From a virus (taxonomy: Duplodnaviria > Caudoviricetes), in the IMG/VR virus record IMGVR_UViG_3300027571_000023, positions 1-41,825 of that record: a DNA stretch of 41,825 nucleotides. One strand, 5' to 3'. Position 1 is the stretch's first letter; every line of letters starts with the position of its first letter. The notes below the pieces were generated by a model, which did no database searches, was not told where the DNA came from, and worked only from the letters and a program-made list of their open reading frames with translations. This document shows positions 37,551-41,825 of this stretch, in pieces. The position numbers and the translations under genes were made by a program.

Positions 37551-38085
37551 TAGAAGTATTCTCAGAGACTGAAGCCAGAGTATCAGCTTGCTTTATCTGC
37601 TCAGACCTCTCCTTGAGGTTCTCAGAGATCGCATCGGTGTCCTCTGTATTCAGTTTGAGACTACTGTCCATCTCAGCTTCGATCTCTTCATTCAAGAAGG
37701 TGAACTCCTCGAAGACCTTTGAGAGTACAGGCCTACTCCACTCAGATAAGATCTTAAGGATCGCTTCTCCTTTTGTGATCTTTTGCTCAACACCAGAAGG
37801 CAAGGTCTGACCTGTGGAGACGGTCTTAACACTGCGAAGATCCATAGACCCTATTTGTACGATAGCTCTCGACAAGGTTTCCTTACGAAATACGTCGGCG
37901 AACTCTACCGCAGCGTAGGCTTCGTTGTTGATGTCGGGTAACATCTTTTGGACTTCTGTTTCTTCGATGGGTGTCAGTGGCCTTAGAGTAACTGACACAC
38001 CACCTAAGTTTACCATCTTCTCTTTTTTGCACATGGCAGTAAGAGGGGATAAAAGTTCTTCTAGCTCTGAGAAATCAATCTGCAT
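37528..38085 (-). CDS. Putative tail assembly chaperone 1
   Basis: AGGAGA SD. Acidic 185-aa protein with 'VTLRPLTPIEE...LSRAIVQIG', typical of tail chaperones. Lies between tube and tape measure. Confidence 0.6.
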   Translation of the reverse strand: MQIDFSELEELLSPLTAMCKKEKMVNLGGVSVTLRPLTPIEETEVQKMLPDINNEAYAAVEFADVFRKETLSRAIVQIGSMDLRSVKTVSTGQTLPSGVEQKITKGEAILKILSEWSRPVLSKVFEEFTFLNEEIEAEMDSSLKLNTEDTDAISENLKERSEQIKQADTLASVSENTSNEPTEVL

Positions 38086-38100
38086 TTCATATTCTCCTGT

Positions 38101-38128
38101 ATTATAAAGGGACGGCTCCCTTATTATA
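38101..38128 (-). promoter_or_regulatory. TATAAT - hairpin (AAGGGA-gccg-TCCCTT) - TATAAT element between tube and chaperone genes
   Basis: The minus strand reads TATAAT AAGGGA GCCG TCCCTT TATAAT. It could be a weak terminator, a promoter or an operator. Confidence 0.5.
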
Positions 38129-38141
38129 CTAAGGAAGAGAC

Positions 38142-38978
38142 TTAAAGAAGAACTATAACCTCTTGTTCATCTCCCTCATCAGCTTCAACAGGACCTCCAA
38201 AGTTGCGGTCTGCACTAACGTCTGTAGAGTTACCGATTCCCTCATAGATGATCGAAGAACCTTGACCGATTGTAGGGTCATTACCTGTGGCCATGAACTC
38301 ACCATAGGTGCTGTAGAGATCATGCACGTCTGTCGCAGATGCTTGGATTGACTGAGTGATGATCCCACCTTCTGCGGCGAAAGTACCATTTCCGATGCTT
38401 GTAATCCAGCACGCCTCATAGTAAGTGATGAGTGCTTTATGCAGTGCTTCTGACAAACCTCCCTCATTTTTATATGCATCAGAGCCTGATGCATTCTGTG
38501 CTGTAAAGTCAATATCTACAAGGCCATCAACTTCAGATGCGTCAGGAGCTTCCTTATCAGCGATAGTAGAGAATACAATTTGTTGCTCTACGTCGAAAGG
38601 CCAACGGTGTTGCTGTAAGCTTCGAACCGCACCGTCAACACCACCCGCGTATCCAAATGCCTGATGACCATTGCTAAGATAGAGCATAGCTCTCTCAGCA
38701 GTAAAGGTCGCCACCTCTGTGACTGTTGGAACGAGCTCTGCGACTTGGTCGCCAAAGCCGACACCTCTGATCTCGTTAACACCTCTGCTTGAGTCGCTAG
38801 GGTCAAAGCTATTCACGACGCCAATCTGATAAAGAAGGCCTCTCTCTCCGCCGTAGGCTGGAGTTAAGATTCTCGTCTTCTGTGATACTACAGCTCTTGT
38901 GTTTGGGCTGGAGTTGAACTTATACAGAGAAGAAGTTCCCTGTACGCCGCCTTGTGCATTTTGATCTGAGTTAGCCAT
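38142..38978 (-). CDS. Tail tube protein
   Basis: Strong AGGAGG SD. Motifs 'QIGVVNSF...RGVNEIRGVG...ELVP', 'SLQQHRWPFDV' and 'TYYEACWITS' fit contractile-tail tube proteins. First gene of the tube-chaperone-TMP-hub-spike order. Confidence 0.75.
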   Translation of the reverse strand: MANSDQNAQGGVQGTSSLYKFNSSPNTRAVVSQKTRILTPAYGGERGLLYQIGVVNSFDPSDSSRGVNEIRGVGFGDQVAELVPTVTEVATFTAERAMLYLSNGHQAFGYAGGVDGAVRSLQQHRWPFDVEQQIVFSTIADKEAPDASEVDGLVDIDFTAQNASGSDAYKNEGGLSEALHKALITYYEACWITSIGNGTFAAEGGIITQSIQASATDVHDLYSTYGEFMATGNDPTIGQGSSIIYEGIGNSTDVSADRNFGGPVEADEGDEQEVIVLL

Positions 38979-39002
38979 GCTTTCCTCCTATAGGGGTTCT
39001 TG

Positions 39003-39037
39003 TAATTCTTTTATGGCGGTCTATAAAGAAACTATTA
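39003..39037. promoter_or_regulatory. Two opposed copies of the candidate late-promoter motif (+ 39003-39014; - 39023-39037)
   Basis: The + strand copy TAAT-TCT-TTTAT is 39 nt before ATG 39054. The - strand copy TAATAGT-TTC-TTTAT is 44 nt before the tube gene ATG. They are 8 nt apart. Confidence 0.6.
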
Positions 39038-39053
39038 GAGGAGACATGACATC

Positions 39054-39761
39054 ATGGACTATTATGACATCTACGGACTCAAGAAAGCAAAGAAGAAGCC
39101 AAAGAAGAAGAAGCGTAAGAAAGACCCTAAGTATGTACAAGAAAAGTACAAAGAGGTCTTGAAAGGCCAGAAGAGCAAAGACGAGGGCAAAGCCAAAGCT
39201 GTTGCGTGGTCAATCTACTGCAAATACAAAAACCCAAACTCCCCTCGTTGCCACAAGAGCCCTGACGAGTATTTTCAAAACAGAAAAGCCTATGCTGGCC
39301 GAAGAGAGATGAGAGGCCTCGCTAGAAAAGTTGGCGAGGAGCTAGGTAAATTAATCGGTAAAGGCATACTTTGCGTGTACGACATCGTTGAGGGGCAGGC
39401 ATCCTCTGAATATGTATCTGATCTCGCGATCTATATGTGGGCTCGAGGTGAGGTTCCCCCGTACTTGTTAAAGTACGGAAAAGAGGCGATCATACTAGGA
39501 GAAATTTCAAACCGAATACATAGGGAAAGCAAGCCCCGTAAAACCCCTACCAAAGAAGAGAGGGTAGAGGCGATCTCACTCCTAGCTAGATCTTTCGAGA
39601 AGATATATATGGTCTGGTCAATCAAGGCTTGGTCACGCATGAAAAGTTTAATAGGAAATGCTGATATCACAAGCCTAAAATTAGAGCTTCTCTCCTATGA
39701 CAACCGCATTAAACTCTCCTATGAATATGAAAAGCTATTATCTGTGATGTTCTTGGAGTAA
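39054..39761 (+). CDS. Lys-rich protein with ChaB-like N-terminal segment; possible DNA-binding or virion protein
   Basis: GAGGAG SD. 'KKAKKKPKKKKRKK' is followed by 'P..VQE.YKE...E.KA.AVAWS...Y', which resembles the ChaB signature (AQDIYKEAF...AHKVAWAAV..Y). Confidence 0.5.
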   Translation: MDYYDIYGLKKAKKKPKKKKRKKDPKYVQEKYKEVLKGQKSKDEGKAKAVAWSIYCKYKNPNSPRCHKSPDEYFQNRKAYAGRREMRGLARKVGEELGKLIGKGILCVYDIVEGQASSEYVSDLAIYMWARGEVPPYLLKYGKEAIILGEISNRIHRESKPRKTPTKEERVEAISLLARSFEKIYMVWSIKAWSRMKSLIGNADITSLKLELLSYDNRIKLSYEYEKLLSVMFLE

Positions 39762-39766
39762 TCGTA

Positions 39767-39772
39767 TAATAA
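39767..39772 (+). promoter_or_regulatory. Sigma70-type -10 box (TATAAT) upstream of helicase
   Basis: Perfect TATAAT in the 38-nt gap before the helicase gene. No convincing -35 box. Confidence 0.35.
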
Positions 39773-39799
39773 GGTCAACTTCAAGAAAGGAAGCCTATT

Positions 39800-41404
39800 A
39801 TGATTGAAGACGAAAAGATAAAGAAAACAGTCGAGAAGCTCAGGATTATCAGAGCCAAAGAAGACCTCAACCCTCCACCTTGCCCTATCCTCAACAGCCA
39901 TTTACCGACAGGGGCAGAACTGAAGTTGAGGCAATATCAAGTACAAGGTATCCTCCACCTGCTGGCTATGCCTAGATTTGTTCTTGGCGATGACACGGGT
40001 CTAGGTAAGACCTTACAGACGATTGCGGCTCTCTCTTATGTCTGGCAGAAAAACCCGAACATCCCCGCTATCATCTGCACCACCAAGAGTGCCGTGGGGC
40101 AGTGGGAGTCCGAGTTTGACAAATTCACCACAGGTGTGTCCGTATTTAAATGCTTAGGCACTAAAAAGAAGAGGGAGAAGATCCACAAAGAGTTTCAACT
40201 CTGTGAAGGACCTAAAGCTCTGATTATGGGCTACCGCACGGCGGTTATGGACTTTCAGCTCTTACAGCACATGGTAGGTCATGTAATGGTCTTTGACGAA
40301 GCCACAAACTTCAAGAACGAGAGATCTCAGGTTCATCAGGTATGTAAGCATCTCTCAGGCTCTGCCGAGAAGGTTTGGTCTCTCTCTGCAACCATTATTA
40401 AAAACAGGCTGATGGAAGCATGGGCGATCTACCAAGTTACAGTGCCAGGTCTTTTCTCTAACAAGACCCTCTTCATGAGAGAGTACTGCATTACCAGAGA
40501 TCAAGCGATCAAAGGATCTAGGAGAAAGATACAGATCGTAGTTGGACACCGTAAGAGAGACATCAAGGCATTTCGGGAAGTGATTGACCCATTCTTCTTG
40601 GGTCGCCCTAAGCATGAAGTCGCTAAAGAGTTACCTCTTCTTACAACTAAAATCATCGAGTGTGAACTTAACAAAGTGCAGAAGAGCAAATACAAGGAAG
40701 CACTAGAGGGTCTCTTGGAAGTTGTAGACAAGGATACAGGTGAGGTAACTGAGAAAGAAGTCTCTAAGCTCACAGCAGTTACGATCTGCCAACAGATTGT
40801 TAACCACCCTGTTCTCGTAGGCTGTGACGGAGACTCAAGTAAGCTCGAATCTCTTTTAGATCTCCTCACTAACGAGTTAGAAGGCGAGAAAGTTATTGTC
40901 TTCAGTCGGCTCAGGCAGATGGTAGATATCATGGAAGCTGAGATAGAAGCCAAAGGGATCAAGACCTGCCGTATTACAGGTGCAGAGAATGGAGACCAAA
41001 GACTTGCAAGCCAGAAGGCATTCCAAAACCCTGATGACGAGACTAAAGTGTGCCTGATAACAATGGCGGCGGCTGAAGGTATAAACCTCCAGCTCGCTAA
41101 AGCTGTGATTTTCTACGATACCCCTTGGAGTGCGGGGGATTACTTACAAATCATCGGCAGGATGATCCGCATAGGTTCTATTCACGACAAGGTATTCAGC
41201 TACCACGTATGTGCAAAGAAGACCATCGACGAGAAGGTGATGAAGACCCTGAAGGCTAAGATGGGCTTGATTGAAGCTGTACTCGGAAAGCGATTAAAGG
41301 AAGAAGGAGAGTCTGATGAGGTACTTGAAGTAGGTCAATCAGAGCTTTCAGATATCTTTGATGGCTTGCTTGAAGATGCTAACGAGATCATAAAGGCGAG
41401 GTAG
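39800..41404 (+). CDS. SNF2-family (SF2) DNA helicase/translocase
   Basis: Q-motif LRQYQ, Walker A GDDTGLGKT, motif II FDEAT, motif III LSAT, motif IV KVIVFS, motif V AEGINL, DTPW, motif VI QIIGRMIRIG. AAAGGAAG SD. Confidence 0.92.
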   Translation: MIEDEKIKKTVEKLRIIRAKEDLNPPPCPILNSHLPTGAELKLRQYQVQGILHLLAMPRFVLGDDTGLGKTLQTIAALSYVWQKNPNIPAIICTTKSAVGQWESEFDKFTTGVSVFKCLGTKKKREKIHKEFQLCEGPKALIMGYRTAVMDFQLLQHMVGHVMVFDEATNFKNERSQVHQVCKHLSGSAEKVWSLSATIIKNRLMEAWAIYQVTVPGLFSNKTLFMREYCITRDQAIKGSRRKIQIVVGHRKRDIKAFREVIDPFFLGRPKHEVAKELPLLTTKIIECELNKVQKSKYKEALEGLLEVVDKDTGEVTEKEVSKLTAVTICQQIVNHPVLVGCDGDSSKLESLLDLLTNELEGEKVIVFSRLRQMVDIMEAEIEAKGIKTCRITGAENGDQRLASQKAFQNPDDETKVCLITMAAAEGINLQLAKAVIFYDTPWSAGDYLQIIGRMIRIGSIHDKVFSYHVCAKKTIDEKVMKTLKAKMGLIEAVLGKRLKEEGESDEVLEVGQSELSDIFDGLLEDANEIIKAR

Positions 41405-41492
41405 GAAACTAAAGGAGTATCTTTTTCGGGTCAGATCTCACCCCTATTTTATAACCTGCTAGAGAATAGCTCTTAAAACGCAGGTGTAGAAT

Positions 41493-41825
41493 ATGACAAA
41501 ACCCATATCCGAGAGGGGCGTTGTTAAACACCCTGTCTTAGGAGAGGCTTCAGAATGGCGTAAGAACGGAGATCCTTACTCCCCCCATGCATTGGTTCTC
41601 TAGGCGACCCTTTTCTTCCTAGAAGACCTTCTGGACATTGGGTAGAGCCTGTTGTCCGAGGAGCGAGAAAGAGCATCGCGGAGCTCAACACTTGGGCAGT
41701 TATGAGACTAGACCGCGTTGCCCTCAACTATCGGATCGCTGAACTGCGGACACAAAAAAACCTCGACTTCGACCAAGTACTCCTTTGGAAGTACCCTCAA
41801 GTGAGTAAGATTACTCTGTATGAGG
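41493..41825 (+). other. Unresolved coding region: 36-codon ORF (41493-41603) overlapping an open -1 frame that runs off the window
   Basis: ATG 41493 has an AGGTG SD and stops at TAG 41601-41603. The -1 frame is stop-free from 41564 to the window end, with its first ATG at 41702. A C6 run lies at 41581-41586. Confidence 0.3.

Noticed and set aside
37528-37600. Programmed -1 frameshift between tail chaperone genes
   Set aside because: The downstream gene is in the +1 frame, has its own ATG, and no slippery heptamer is present.
1-38978. Bacterial eCIS, tailocin or T6SS rather than phage
   Set aside because: I saw no Afp15-like AAA+ ATPase, Afp16-like cap or Tss membrane genes. The tape measure plus chaperones, adjacent SNF2 helicase and dense packing favour a phage. 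Not fully excluded, since head genes are not in the window.
39800-41404. Intein or intron in the helicase
   Set aside because: Motif spacing and length are normal, with no splice-junction or homing endonuclease motifs.
838-41727. Many short ORFs from the six-frame track nested in or antisense to long genes (e.g. 6043-6588, 9080-9424, 40501-40962, 41524-41727)
   Set aside because: They lie on top of well-supported genes or lack recognisable motifs, and are best explained as shadow frames.
1-41825. Alternative genetic code (TAG or TGA recoding)
   Set aside because: Very long ORFs are intact in code 11. TAA, TGA and TAG all act as stops at tight gene junctions (e.g. ATGA overlaps, TAG at 36498).

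Overview
This 41.8-kb window is almost fully coding and reads in standard code 11. It looks like the tail and baseplate region of a large, probably jumbo, myophage with a contractile tail. All assignments come from motif recognition and gene order; no database search was run. There are two convergent blocks. The + strand block (1-23793) holds a 5'-truncated baseplate J-like wedge gene, a 1905-aa wedge/fibre-like protein with about 21 acidic 'SDEV' repeats, two paralogous fibre-anchor-like proteins, and several very large virion proteins, two of which (about 1060 and 1727 aa) are full-length paralogs. The - strand block (38978 to 24139) runs tail tube, two chaperone-like genes, tape measure, two tube-initiator-like genes, hub, central spike, then a pentapeptide-repeat protein. 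A small Zn-finger-like ORF sits at the junction of the two blocks. A Lys-rich ChaB-like gene and an SNF2-family helicase are transcribed away from the tube gene. The main observations are: a conserved TA[ACG]T-N3-TTTAT motif 29-44 nt upstream of five genes (candidate late promoter), including two opposed copies 8 nt apart; an uncharacterised ~160-180-aa module repeated within and between giant virion proteins; a pentapeptide-repeat gene where a spike-tip or cargo gene often sits; and a hairpin flanked by two TATAAT boxes after the tube gene. I saw no sheath gene, tRNA, CRISPR array, reverse transcriptase or transposase.
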